Shown here: piece by piece, positions 1-9,655 of the stretch | Layout: each line of letters opens with the position of its first letter | Position numbering within the stretch: position 1 is the first letter of the stretch | Assembly (NCBI GenBank): GCA_017616475.1 | Contig: JAFZYD010000085.1 | Location: forward strand, 1 to 58,384 | Direction: 5' to 3' | Source: Bacteroidales bacterium | GTDB taxonomy: Bacteria; Bacteroidota; Bacteroidia; Bacteroidales; UBA932 | DNA length: 58,384 nucleotides | Notes under the pieces: generated by a model | What the model saw: the letters and a program-made list of their open reading frames with translations, nothing else | What the model was told of the DNA's origin: nothing | Database searches by the model: none | Position numbers and translations under genes: made by a program

Positions 1-103
1 AACATTCTAAACCGCCCCTGGTACGACTTTGGCGACATTCCCCAGCCGGGAATCTGGATTATCGGTGGTTTTTCGATGGAAATTTTTTAGTAAATTTGTT
101 CTT

Positions 104-1642
104 ATGTTAAGGACTATCAGAATTATACTGGCAGCGTTAACCTTCACGGCAATAACGCTGCTTTTTTTAGATTTCACCGGCGCCACGCACGCCTTTCTGG
201 GCTGGCTGGCCAAGATCCAGCTGCTGCCGGCAATACTATCTGCAAACGTAGTGGTGATTGTGGCCCTGGTGCTGCTCACCCTCATTTTCGGCCGCATATA
301 TTGCTCTATAATATGCCCGCTGGGCATAATGCAGGACATTATCGCGTGGGCAGGAAAGCGCGGCAAAAAGAAAAACCGCTTCAAATACAGCTACTCCAAG
401 CCCAAAACGGCGCTGCGGGTGGTGATGCTGGTTGTTATGGTGATTGCCGTCGCCCTGGGCATCAGCGCAATCACTGCGCTGCTGGCGCCATACAGCGCCT
501 ACGGCCGCATCGCCTCCAGCTTCTTTGCACCAATATACGCGCTGGTCAACAACCTGTTCGCGGCGATAGCGGAGCGGGCTGGCAGCTATGCCTTCTACCC
601 CACCGAAGTCTGGGGCAAAGCGCTGTCGGTGGTGATTGTGGCGGGGGTTACGCTAGTGGCGCTGGCAATTCTGGCGTGGCGTAACGGCCGCACCTATTGC
701 AGCACAATCTGCCCGGTGGGCACGGTGCTTGGCTTCCTGGCCAAATACTCCCTGTTCAAACCGGTTATAGACACCGAAAAGTGCACCAAATGCACCTTGT
801 GCGAGCGCGGCTGCAAGGCTGCCTGCATCGACTCCAAGAACCACGAGATAGACCGCAGCCGCTGCGTGGCCTGTATGGACTGCATATCCATATGCACGCA
901 CGACGCCATCCATTATAAGCCCGTACGGTTCGGCGTAAAGAAGGCCAAGGCAGCAACAGCAACCGCGGAAACAAGCGCCCCCAAAGCCTCAGAAGCCGCG
1001 CCCAAAGCCGACACCGGGCGCAGGGCGTTCCTAACCGCCGCCGGGCTGCTGGCGGTGACCGCCGCGGAGGCCAAGGTTAAGCGCGGACTGCGCAAAACGG
1101 CCGGCGGCCGGGTCACCTTCCGGGACAATCCCGCCCCCGAATCGTACATCACCCCGCCGGGCAGCGGCAGCCACCTGAATATGCACAAACACTGCATCGC
1201 CTGCCAGCTCTGCGTGCAGGCCTGCCCTAATAATGTGCTGGTGCCCAGCGACCGTCCGGACCGCTTTATGCAGCCTGAGCTTCGCTATAACGACACATAT
1301 TGCCGCCCGGAATGCACCGCCTGCAGCGAGGTTTGCCCCACCGGCGCCATAAGCAAGATAACCAAAGAGCAGAAAAGTTCCATCCAGATTGGGCACGCCG
1401 TATGGCATCCGGAGCTTTGCCTGGCCGCCACCGAAGGGGTTCACTGCCACAGCTGCAGCCGCCACTGCCCCGCCGGCGCCATAACTATGGTAGATTTCCA
1501 AACCGCAGACGGCGCCCAGGCCCGTGTGCCCGCCGTGGACACCGCCAAATGCATAGGCTGCGGCGCCTGTCAGGCCCTCTGTCCCGCCCGGCCACAAAGC
1601 GCCATACGCGTGGAAGGCCACGAAAACCATCACATAATTTAA
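104..1642 (+). CDS. Membrane polyferredoxin; NapH-like N-terminal half fused to a NapG-like multi-[4Fe-4S] C-terminal half
   Basis: ORF 29..1642, with likely start ATG 104 (MLRTIRIIL, first TM helix). Two CX3CP motifs follow TM helices (RIYCSIICPLG, RTYCSTICPVG), as in the NapH/NosR/MauN family. Six ferredoxin-type motifs are present (CTKCTLCERGC, CVACMDCISIC, CIACQLCVQACP, CTACSEVCP, CHSCSRHCP, CIGCGACQALCP). An internal GRRAFLTAAGLLAV segment separates the two halves. Confidence 0.75.
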   Translation: MLRTIRIILAALTFTAITLLFLDFTGATHAFLGWLAKIQLLPAILSANVVVIVALVLLTLIFGRIYCSIICPLGIMQDIIAWAGKRGKKKNRFKYSYSKPKTALRVVMLVVMVIAVALGISAITALLAPYSAYGRIASSFFAPIYALVNNLFAAIAERAGSYAFYPTEVWGKALSVVIVAGVTLVALAILAWRNGRTYCSTICPVGTVLGFLAKYSLFKPVIDTEKCTKCTLCERGCKAACIDSKNHEIDRSRCVACMDCISICTHDAIHYKPVRFGVKKAKAATATAETSAPKASEAAPKADTGRRAFLTAAGLLAVTAAEAKVKRGLRKTAGGRVTFRDNPAPESYITPPGSGSHLNMHKHCIACQLCVQACPNNVLVPSDRPDRFMQPELRYNDTYCRPECTACSEVCPTGAISKITKEQKSSIQIGHAVWHPELCLAATEGVHCHSCSRHCPAGAITMVDFQTADGAQARVPAVDTAKCIGCGACQALCPARPQSAIRVEGHENHHII

Positions 1643-1654
1643 CCGACAGTCATT

Positions 1655-2998
1655 ATGAGCAATATAAACAGAAGAGACTTTTTGAAGGGCCTTTCGCTGG
1701 CCACCGCAGGTGCCGCAATGACCGCCGGCGGAATAGACCTCCGCGCCCAGGACGCCCCGCAGAGCGCCGGCAAAATGGAATACCGCACCAGCAGGACGGG
1801 CGACCGAGTGTCGCTGCTGGGCTATGGGTGTATGCGTATGCCCACCGTAGACGGCACACGCAACGGAGCCGTGGATATGGACGCCCAGATGCGCCTTATA
1901 GACTATGCGATTGAGCACGGAGTGAACTATTTTGACACCGCCCCGGTGTATACCGGCGGCAAGAGCGAGGGGATTATGGGGCAGTGCCTCTCCCGCCACC
2001 CGCGCGACAAATATTTCATTGCCACCAAAATGTCCAACGCGTGGGGCGATTTCTCGTTTGCCGCATCCAAGAAGATGTACCTCAACTCTTTCAAGGAGCT
2101 CAAGACCGACTACATAGACTATTACCTGCTTCACGCAGTGGGCGCCAGCATAGAGTCGTTCAACCAGCGGTTCCTGGAGAACGGGCTGCTGGAGTTCCTG
2201 CTCAAAGAGCGCGAGGCGGGCCGCATCCGCAACCTGGGCTGGAGTTTCCACGGCACCAAGGAGTGCTTCGACTACGTAGTGTCGCTCCACGAAAAGTACA
2301 ACTGGGATTTTGCCCAAATCCAGCACAACTATCTGGACTGGAACCACGCCAGCGGCCGCAACGTGAATTCTTCATATCTTTATGGGGAACTCGCCGGTCG
2401 CGACATACCGATGACGGTTATGGAGCCGCTGCGCGGCGGCGCCCTGGCTAACGTGCCGGAGAAAGTCTCCAAGAAACTGCTGGAGCGCCGGCCCACCGAC
2501 AGCATAGCCCGCTGGGCGTTCCGCTTTGCCGGCAGCCAGCCCAAGATACTCAGCGTGCTTAGCGGTATGACCTATATGGAGCACCTGCAGGACAACATTG
2601 CTACCTATAGCAACTTTGAGCCATGCAGCGAACAGGAGCTGGAGCTTCTGGAGCGGATAGCCAGAGAGATGGTGGAATTCCCGCTTATAGAATGCACCGG
2701 CTGCAACTACTGTATGCCCTGCAAATACGGCGTAGACATACCCGGCGAGTTCGCCCACTACAACAAGTGCGTTAAGGAAGATCTGATGCCGCTGTCGTCC
2801 GGCGACAAGGAATATCGCAAACTGCGCCGCGCCTTCCTGGTCGGCTACGACCGCAGCGTGCCCGCACTGGCCCAGGCCAGCCGATGCATCAGCTGCGGCG
2901 AGTGCACCAGCCACTGCCCCCAGGACATAAAAATCCCCGCCCAGATGAGGCGAATCGACAATTTTGTCGAAAACCTCAAACAGGGCAGGGAGTTTTAA
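1655..2998 (+). CDS. Tat-leader aldo/keto reductase with C-terminal 4Fe-4S cluster domain
   Basis: N-terminal twin-arginine leader MSNINRRDFLKGLSLATAGAA. AKR core is present (GYGCMRMP, NYFDTAPVYTGGKSE, YIDYYLLHAV). The C-terminal Cys clusters are CTGCNYCMPC and CISCGECTSHCP. Confidence 0.85.
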   Translation: MSNINRRDFLKGLSLATAGAAMTAGGIDLRAQDAPQSAGKMEYRTSRTGDRVSLLGYGCMRMPTVDGTRNGAVDMDAQMRLIDYAIEHGVNYFDTAPVYTGGKSEGIMGQCLSRHPRDKYFIATKMSNAWGDFSFAASKKMYLNSFKELKTDYIDYYLLHAVGASIESFNQRFLENGLLEFLLKEREAGRIRNLGWSFHGTKECFDYVVSLHEKYNWDFAQIQHNYLDWNHASGRNVNSSYLYGELAGRDIPMTVMEPLRGGALANVPEKVSKKLLERRPTDSIARWAFRFAGSQPKILSVLSGMTYMEHLQDNIATYSNFEPCSEQELELLERIAREMVEFPLIECTGCNYCMPCKYGVDIPGEFAHYNKCVKEDLMPLSSGDKEYRKLRRAFLVGYDRSVPALAQASRCISCGECTSHCPQDIKIPAQMRRIDNFVENLKQGREF

Positions 2999-3009
2999 CT
3001 ACCCGCGGA

Positions 3010-5814
3010 TTACTCTACACCTACCATTACAAGCGATGTAAAGTTGTCCTGGTCCAGAACGGACTTGAGGACAGCCTTGACATCGTCTATGGTAATAGCG
3101 TCAAGCGTCTCGAGATAGTTTGCGGTCATATCCACTCCGGAGTGCAGATAGTCTGCCAGCTGTGCGGAGAAGAATGAGTTCTCACGCTGGTTGGATTTGA
3201 ACTCCTTGGCCAGATATTCTTTAGCCTTGGTCAGATTCTCTGCAGAGGGGCCGTTCTTTACAAATTCTGCAACGAGCTCCGCAACCCGCTTCTGGGTATA
3301 ATCAACCTTCTCAGGATTTGTCTGATATATAATCTGGATTACGGCATTCTGGTTGGGAATGTCTGTGGTTTCTCCGTATGCGTGAATGGAATAGGTTGCA
3401 CCCTCTTTCTCGCGGATCTCCTCCAGGAGCACCATAGAGAGAGTCTGGCAGGCAATGTCAAACGCAAGGTCGTTCTTGAGGTTGTATGCCAGATCGCCCG
3501 AACTCAGAGTGAAGCTGACGGCAGTGGGAGTACCCATCTGGCGGTCGAACTTGCGCACTACCTCACCCTTATGGTATTCGCTGCCGCTGAGCGCGTAGTT
3601 CTCGCGAACTTTCTTCTTTGCGGGGAGCGATGCAATATACTTGGCAATGAGCGGCTTTGCATCTTCCAGGCTGATGGCGCCGGTAATAACAAAGTTGAAA
3701 TCGGCGGCGTTGGCAAAGCGCTCGGAAGCCATCTGCATTGTGCGGGCGTAATCGACCTTGTCCAAATCGGCCGATTTGAGGCGGTAGCCGCGCTCGGGCC
3801 GTACGTGGATATACTTCAAGCTGTCCTGGATAGCACTCATAGGCTGCGCCTCCTGGTTTGCAAGCGCTGCTGCGGTCTTGGTCTTCCAAGACTGGAAAGC
3901 CTCGTCGTCGCTGCGCAAAGCAGTGAAATAGAGGTAGTTGAGCTGCAGGAGAGTCTCAAAATCCTTGGGTGTGGACTTGCCGCGCAGCGCCTCTGTATAT
4001 TCAGTTACCGAAGGAGCGAGACTTACCTTTTTGCCGCTGAGAGCCTTGGTTATCTCTGTCTGGGAGAAGTTGCCGAGGCCGGCCACGTCAATAAGTTCGT
4101 TTATGGTAGCCAGGTTAACAAGTTCGTTGTCCGGATATAGAGACTTGCCGCCGAGGCTGAAGGCCCTGAAGAGCACCTCGTCCGCATTGAAATCGGTCTG
4201 GCGGAAGTATACAGTTGCGCCGTTGGAAAGGGTGAGCTTGGTGTAGCCGAACTCGGCGGGAGCCTGCTTTTTGATTTTACCCTTCTTGGGCTCCTTGGCC
4301 AGGATTGGCTGGTCCGAAACCTCATCTTCGTAGGGAGCGATATTCTCGGCCTCAACAGCGGCCATAGCGGCTTTTATTTCATCTTCGGTGGGGTAAACCA
4401 CTCCCTCTTTGTCCGGAAGCATACAAACCACCACCAGATTATCTTCCTGCATAAGAGAAGCAATCACCTGATTTACAGCCTCCACAGGGATATTGGGAAG
4501 CAGCTGTTGTGCGATTGTATATTCGTTCTCGATGCCCATAATGGGCTCGCCGTCTATAAAATGGCGCACATATTCGCGGCAGTAGCTGGCGCTGGCCTTT
4601 TTGTCCCTTTGGTTGTAGGAGTTCTCTAAATTGGTAAGGATGTCCTGGCGGGCGCGGTCATATTCGCTGGCGGTGAAACCGTTGCGGGTTATGCGCAGCA
4701 TTTCGCGCCAAACCGAAGTGAGGGCGCGCAGAAGCTTGTTCTCGTCGCACATCACGGTGCCGGAATAAGCCTCCTCTGTCTTTGAAATGAAGAATATATC
4801 GTTGCCTATGATGGCCCTGATAAAGTCGGGATCGGCCTTCTGGGTCATCTCATTGAGACGCTGATGCGTCATATAATTGGCAGCGGTGAGGGCATAATCG
4901 TAAAGATAGTAGTTGAGGTTGCGCTTCTCTTCCGGCTTCACGGCATCGTGTTTCTTGAAGATAAAGGCAGTTGCAATGCTCTGCTCCTTATCTTTGGCGA
5001 TGCTTATGATGGGCTCTTTGTTGCCCTCAATCGGTAGGTAGTAGCGCTCGGCCGCGTCGGGACCGGCTGCGGGCAGGGGACCGAAAACATCCTTTATCTT
5101 GGCCTCGATTGCATCTACGTCGATGTCACCGACAACCACGATGCCCTGCTGGTCGGGACGATACCACTTCTTGTAGTAGGCGCGCAGAGCGTCGTAGGGG
5201 AAATTGTCCACTACCGACATAATGCCGATGGGCATACGGGAAGCGTACTTGTTGCCGGGATAGACCTCGGGGAGAATCTTGTCCAACATACGCATCTGGG
5301 CGCCCTGGCTGGAGCGCCACTCCTCGTGAATAACGCCTCTCTCGTGGTCGATGTCGTCGCCATCGAGCAGCAGCGCACCGGCCCAGTCGTGCAGAATGAG
5401 CAGGCAGGAGTCAATTGCCGTGGGGAAGGTTGCAACCGGCACATTGTCAATATTATAGACAGTTTCGTCTATAGATGTGTAGGCGTTAAGATCGGCGCCG
5501 AACTTGACACCGATGGACTCGCAATATTTGATAATGTTGTTGCCGGGGAAGTGCTCGGTACCGTTGAAGCACATATGCTCCAGGAAGTGGGCCAGACCGC
5601 GCTGGTCTTCTTCTTCCAAGATGGAGCCGACCTTCTGTGCAATGTAGAAGTTAGCCTGTCCCTTGGGCTCTTCGTTGTGACGGATATAATATGTGAGGCC
5701 GTTCTCAAGCTGGCCGATACGTACCGCCTCGTCTACGGGGAGCGGCGGCATTTGTTGCGCAAACGCAACTGCAGTGGCTGCAAGCAGCACTGCCGTAAGC
5801 AATAATTTCTTCAT
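3010..5814 (-). CDS. M16 family zinc metallopeptidase (pitrilysin/insulinase-like), secreted
   Basis: Signal peptide MKKLLLTAVLLAATAVAFAQQ and inverted zinc motif HxxEH (HFLEHMCFNGT). The ~930 aa two-half architecture is typical of Bacteroidota M16 proteases. Confidence 0.9.
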   Translation of the reverse strand: MKKLLLTAVLLAATAVAFAQQMPPLPVDEAVRIGQLENGLTYYIRHNEEPKGQANFYIAQKVGSILEEEDQRGLAHFLEHMCFNGTEHFPGNNIIKYCESIGVKFGADLNAYTSIDETVYNIDNVPVATFPTAIDSCLLILHDWAGALLLDGDDIDHERGVIHEEWRSSQGAQMRMLDKILPEVYPGNKYASRMPIGIMSVVDNFPYDALRAYYKKWYRPDQQGIVVVGDIDVDAIEAKIKDVFGPLPAAGPDAAERYYLPIEGNKEPIISIAKDKEQSIATAFIFKKHDAVKPEEKRNLNYYLYDYALTAANYMTHQRLNEMTQKADPDFIRAIIGNDIFFISKTEEAYSGTVMCDENKLLRALTSVWREMLRITRNGFTASEYDRARQDILTNLENSYNQRDKKASASYCREYVRHFIDGEPIMGIENEYTIAQQLLPNIPVEAVNQVIASLMQEDNLVVVCMLPDKEGVVYPTEDEIKAAMAAVEAENIAPYEDEVSDQPILAKEPKKGKIKKQAPAEFGYTKLTLSNGATVYFRQTDFNADEVLFRAFSLGGKSLYPDNELVNLATINELIDVAGLGNFSQTEITKALSGKKVSLAPSVTEYTEALRGKSTPKDFETLLQLNYLYFTALRSDDEAFQSWKTKTAAALANQEAQPMSAIQDSLKYIHVRPERGYRLKSADLDKVDYARTMQMASERFANAADFNFVITGAISLEDAKPLIAKYIASLPAKKKVRENYALSGSEYHKGEVVRKFDRQMGTPTAVSFTLSSGDLAYNLKNDLAFDIACQTLSMVLLEEIREKEGATYSIHAYGETTDIPNQNAVIQIIYQTNPEKVDYTQKRVAELVAEFVKNGPSAENLTKAKEYLAKEFKSNQRENSFFSAQLADYLHSGVDMTANYLETLDAITIDDVKAVLKSVLDQDNFTSLVMVGVE

Positions 5815-5824
5815 AATTAACGTT

Positions 5825-6724
5825 TTATGCTTGTTCCCACTGATTCTTTATGAGCTCAACGGCAGCGGGGATGGCAACGGCGGGATCGCCAATGTTGCCG
5901 CATTCCAGGCTGATGTACTTGTCGTAGCCCATCTCCTTGAGGGCGCGGAAGCCGTCTACATAGTTGTCGGCCTCGCCGTCCTCGCCGGGGTTGCAGCGGT
6001 TCTTTCTACTTGCAATATGTATGTGCTGGAGATAGTCACGGGCGGACATCAGCGCAGCGTAGTCGCTGGTCTCCTCCTGCATATGCCAGAAATCTCCCAT
6101 ACACTTCACACCTTCGCTCTTGGAGTCGCGGCAGATGGCTGCAGCGGCCGACACGAGACGCAGGTAGAAGCACTCGCGGCGGTTCAGCGGCTCGAGTATG
6201 ACGGTGGTGCCGCATTTGACGGCAAACTCGCCCAGCTCGTGAAGTTGCTCGCACAGATAGTCGTAAGTCTCCTGGTTGTTTGGCTTGCAGGGCTCCTGAC
6301 GGCTGAAGGCAGGCACCATAATGACGCCGGTGGAACCGATGGCTCCGGCGGCCTCGACTATGCGGCGCATAGAGGTGTCAAATGCTTCTTTCTGAGCAGG
6401 GTCATCGGCCAGAATAAAGCCGTCGAAACCGGCGCAGATAGCGGCAATTTTAATATTGCGGCCTTCGATTGCCTTTGCAAGGTTGTCAAAATCGGACACC
6501 AGCTCGCGGCCGCCCGGTTCGAAACCGGTCACGCCCAGCGACTCGCAGTAGTCCAACTGCTCGGCATAGCTCTCGCCGATTGCCTTGCCGCTCTGCAGGC
6601 AGACGTTCAACTTGGCGCCGGTGCCGGCTTTCTTGGGGCCGCAGCAAGACGCCAGCAGACTGGGGGCCGCAGCCACAGCCGCAGCGCCCAATATAGATGT
6701 TTTGAAAAAGTCCTTTCTGTTCAT
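5825..6724 (-). CDS. Sugar phosphate isomerase/epimerase (xylose-isomerase-like TIM barrel) with exported leader
   Basis: ORF 5825..6856 trimmed to ATG 6724 (MNRKDFFKTSILGAAAVAAAPSLLASC, a Tat-like RK leader plus lipobox). TIM-barrel family motifs are present (VILEPLNRRE, GDFWHMQEE, HIHIASR). It lies 5 nt downstream of the Gfo/Idh/MocA gene. Confidence 0.8.
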   Translation of the reverse strand: MNRKDFFKTSILGAAAVAAAPSLLASCCGPKKAGTGAKLNVCLQSGKAIGESYAEQLDYCESLGVTGFEPGGRELVSDFDNLAKAIEGRNIKIAAICAGFDGFILADDPAQKEAFDTSMRRIVEAAGAIGSTGVIMVPAFSRQEPCKPNNQETYDYLCEQLHELGEFAVKCGTTVILEPLNRRECFYLRLVSAAAAICRDSKSEGVKCMGDFWHMQEETSDYAALMSARDYLQHIHIASRKNRCNPGEDGEADNYVDGFRALKEMGYDKYISLECGNIGDPAVAIPAAVELIKNQWEQA

Positions 6725-6729
6725 AGCAA

Positions 6730-8097
6730 TTAGTCGATTGTGCCGTCGCCGGGGACCGCAATTACAGGGTGCTGCACTGCCTCGAGGTTGCCGAGGGTCA
6801 GAGTGTCGGGCTCGCCGGGGAGGAAGTCCATATCCATAGCCATAATCTCGTCCCATGCAATGGTCTTGCCGGTGTAGGCAGCCTCGCGGCCCATTACGCC
6901 TGCCAGCGAAGACATTGCGGTTTCGGTGGCCTGATCCAGCATCTCGCCCTTACGTATGTGGTTGATGAGGTCCACGTGCTCCAGAACGTACGGGTCGTAT
7001 TGTTTGAATTTGGCTTCCTCGTCGTTTTTGAAATCGTACTGCCAGAGAACATTGCCCTTATAGTCACGGATAATGCCGTCGGAAGCCCACCAGCCCTTGG
7101 TACCGCGAACGACCTCGCTCACGTTGTTGGCACAGCCGTTAATCTGACGGCACATAGAGTGCAGGTGTACGCCGTTCTCGAATTCAAAGTCAATGGAGAA
7201 GTTATCGTACTGGTCGCCCGTCACGCGCCTCTGGCGGCTGCCGAAGCCGGTCGCCTTGATGGGGTGCGCACCGCCCATCATCCACATAAATACGTCGATG
7301 TTGTGCACGTGCTGTTCTACGATATGGTCGCCGGACATACATTTCCAGTTGACCCAGTCGCGGATTGCCCACTCCATATCGCTCCAGCCCTTCTCGCGCT
7401 CGCGGAACCAAAGCATACCCTGATTCCAGTAAACGTTACCGCCGGTAATATCGCCAATCATACCTTCCTGGATGCGTTTGAAAGCCTCTACATAGGCGCG
7501 TTGGTGATGGCGCTGGGTGCCGGTAACAACCGCCAGCTTCTTGGCTTGTGCCTGCTTGGCGGCGGCGATTACGGTGCGGCAGCCCTTGGCATCTACAGCC
7601 ACCGGTTTCTCCAGGAACGCGTGCACGCCCTTGGAAACAGCATACTGGAAATGATAGGGACGGAACAACGGAGGAGTGGTGAGGATAACTACGTCCACGC
7701 CGCTGTCTATAACCTTTTTGTAGGCGTCGAAGCCCACGAATTTCTGGACGCCGGAAACGTCGTAGCCCCACTCGGTGAGGTTGGCGATGGATTCCTCTAT
7801 GCGGTCTTCAAACACATCGCCGAAAGCTGTGAACTTGACACCCGCAGCCGCCTCAAGCATATTTGCAGCAGCGCCGGTACCGCGGCCGCCGCAGCCGATG
7901 AGGCCCGCCTTGAGTTCACGGCCGTCGTCTGCCTTATCGTTCAGAACAGGGATGTAATATTCGCCCGGCTGGCGCAGGGGGACCATCTTGTCGCCCTTGC
8001 CGGCGCAGGAAGAGAGTATCGGAGTGGAAGCCACCAGAGCGCCGCCGCCCACCAGGGCTGCGCGTCCAAAAAATTCTCGTCTTGAAATCTTGCTCAT
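6730..8097 (-). CDS. Tat-exported Gfo/Idh/MocA family oxidoreductase
   Basis: Leader MSKISRREFFGRAALVGGGALVASTPILSSC, Rossmann motif GLIGCGGRG, and the EKP motif (FLEKPVAVD) characteristic of Gfo/Idh/MocA. Confidence 0.9.
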   Translation of the reverse strand: MSKISRREFFGRAALVGGGALVASTPILSSCAGKGDKMVPLRQPGEYYIPVLNDKADDGRELKAGLIGCGGRGTGAAANMLEAAAGVKFTAFGDVFEDRIEESIANLTEWGYDVSGVQKFVGFDAYKKVIDSGVDVVILTTPPLFRPYHFQYAVSKGVHAFLEKPVAVDAKGCRTVIAAAKQAQAKKLAVVTGTQRHHQRAYVEAFKRIQEGMIGDITGGNVYWNQGMLWFREREKGWSDMEWAIRDWVNWKCMSGDHIVEQHVHNIDVFMWMMGGAHPIKATGFGSRQRRVTGDQYDNFSIDFEFENGVHLHSMCRQINGCANNVSEVVRGTKGWWASDGIIRDYKGNVLWQYDFKNDEEAKFKQYDPYVLEHVDLINHIRKGEMLDQATETAMSSLAGVMGREAAYTGKTIAWDEIMAMDMDFLPGEPDTLTLGNLEAVQHPVIAVPGDGTID

Positions 8098-8110
8098 ATT
8101 CGGTTTATAT

Positions 8111-9622
8111 TTATTGTTTTATTTCTTCAGGAACTTCGCAAACCACGCGGAAGCCGATGCCCTTTATGTCGGAATACCACCAGATGCTCTTGGGCACCTG
8201 CGGGTCGGTGCGCAGCCAGTCGTCGTGCCGGGTGTGGGCACGGGCGGCGCAGCGCACGTCGGGCGCATCGGAAAGATAGTACCCGCCGCGCACCACATAT
8301 TCTGTGCCGCTTTCGGGGCCTTTGGGGTCAACAGCGCCGTCCGCCAGCTGGCTGTAGGCATCTTCTGCATACCAATCGGAGCAATACTCCATAACGTTGC
8401 CCAGCATATTCTTGAGGCCGAACGGATTGGCGCGGACTGCCTCGGGAAGGGCCGTGCGGTTGCGGCTGTTTTGCGAAAATACCACGTTGCTGGCAATTAC
8501 CGCGGTGTCGGCGCTGTGCAGGAAGCCGTCGGTGAATTTCTTGGGACTACCCTCGAAATAATAGGGGCCGGAGGTGCCGCCGCGGGCAGCGTACTCCCAC
8601 TCAGCCTCGGTCGGGAGGCGATACTTGCGGCCCGTCTTGAGGCTGAGCCACTGACAGAAGGTCTCCGCGCCGTAGTGGGTCATTGTAATGGCGGGGCGGT
8701 CGCCCTTGCCCCAACCTTGGTCCGGGGCGCCGTAGGGCGGCGTGGGGCCGCTTACCGCGTCTATATCTTCGCGCGTGTTGTTAGCGTAAATCTTGGATGG
8801 CGGGGTGCGCCCGGGAGACTGGGTTTCCGCAAAGAAAGACCAGTACTGGGTCCAGGTGACCTCAACCTCCGCCATAAAGAAATCGGAGACGGTGACCTTG
8901 CGCACCGGCCCTTCGTCCGCATTGCGGAAAGGCTCCTTCTCGGGAGAACCCATCTCGAAGGTGCCGCCGGGGACGGCCACCATATTTATGGCGGCGACGG
9001 TGCCCGGCACAGTCTCGGTAAAGTTCTCGAAAGCGGTCACTGTCGCCGCCTCGGTGTAGGGCTCTATGTCCGGCAGGGTTTCGTCGTTTGCCGCAAGGCT
9101 GTGGCCGTGCTGGTAGCTGGGGTTGAAGTGGCCGGCGTCCAGGTGGCAGTTTATGCACTGCAGGTCATAGTCCTTTTGGTGGTCTTCGTAATAAAGGTGA
9201 CTGATCAGCGCTTCGTCGCTGATTCCATCCGGGAAGAGATCCTGATGGCACTTCACGCAAGAAGAATTGAACACAATCTTGCGGGCGTAGTCCAGCTCCT
9301 TCTTGGCCTCCCAGTTAATCTTGCTCTTGTCTTTGAAGATGTAGCTGAAAAGGTCCTTGGTGCCCATTTTGGCCTTGGCCATAAAACGCTCCGACGGGGT
9401 GCCGGCGGGCAGGTGGCAGGCGGCGCAGTCTGTAACAGTGCCGCTGCCGTTGCGGTAGTGCATAGAGAGCATCCACAGCGAATCGGCTTCGGTGTGGACG
9501 TGGCACGACATGCAACTTTCGTTGGAAGAACTCTTTACGTAGAACGAGCTCAAGAATATCATCAAGGCGAACCCCAGAACGAAGCCGCCCAGCGTGAACC
9601 AAACTATTCTCTTATTGTGCAT
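8111..9622 (-). CDS. Membrane-anchored NapC/NirT/NrfH-type tetrahaem cytochrome c fused to an FGE-sulfatase (SUMF1/EgtB/PvdO-like) domain
   Basis: N-terminal TM helix (IVWFTLGGFVLGFALMIFLSSF) followed by four CXXCH motifs (CMSCH, CAACH, CVKCH, CINCH). The C-terminal ~300 aa carries FGE-sulfatase family signatures (VPGGTFEMGSP, YRLPTEAEWEYAARGG, GNVMEYCSDWY, RGGYY...RCAAR). Confidence 0.85.
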   Translation of the reverse strand: MHNKRIVWFTLGGFVLGFALMIFLSSFYVKSSSNESCMSCHVHTEADSLWMLSMHYRNGSGTVTDCAACHLPAGTPSERFMAKAKMGTKDLFSYIFKDKSKINWEAKKELDYARKIVFNSSCVKCHQDLFPDGISDEALISHLYYEDHQKDYDLQCINCHLDAGHFNPSYQHGHSLAANDETLPDIEPYTEAATVTAFENFTETVPGTVAAINMVAVPGGTFEMGSPEKEPFRNADEGPVRKVTVSDFFMAEVEVTWTQYWSFFAETQSPGRTPPSKIYANNTREDIDAVSGPTPPYGAPDQGWGKGDRPAITMTHYGAETFCQWLSLKTGRKYRLPTEAEWEYAARGGTSGPYYFEGSPKKFTDGFLHSADTAVIASNVVFSQNSRNRTALPEAVRANPFGLKNMLGNVMEYCSDWYAEDAYSQLADGAVDPKGPESGTEYVVRGGYYLSDAPDVRCAARAHTRHDDWLRTDPQVPKSIWWYSDIKGIGFRVVCEVPEEIKQ

Positions 9623-9655
9623 CGTGCAAATATATCAAACTAAATCGAGATTCCG

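Noticed and set aside
1031-2347. Long antisense or alternative-frame ORFs in the six-frame track. Examples are 1031..2347(-), 6769..8085(+), 7988..9643(+), 16441..17799(+), 19982..21241(-), 36603..37700(-), 38082..39530(-), 41684..42808(-) and 54054..55007(+).
   Set aside because: Each lies fully inside or opposite a gene with strong family motifs. Their translations are Arg/Ala/Gly/Pro- or Val/Leu-rich with no recognisable motifs. Long spurious open frames are expected in high-GC DNA.
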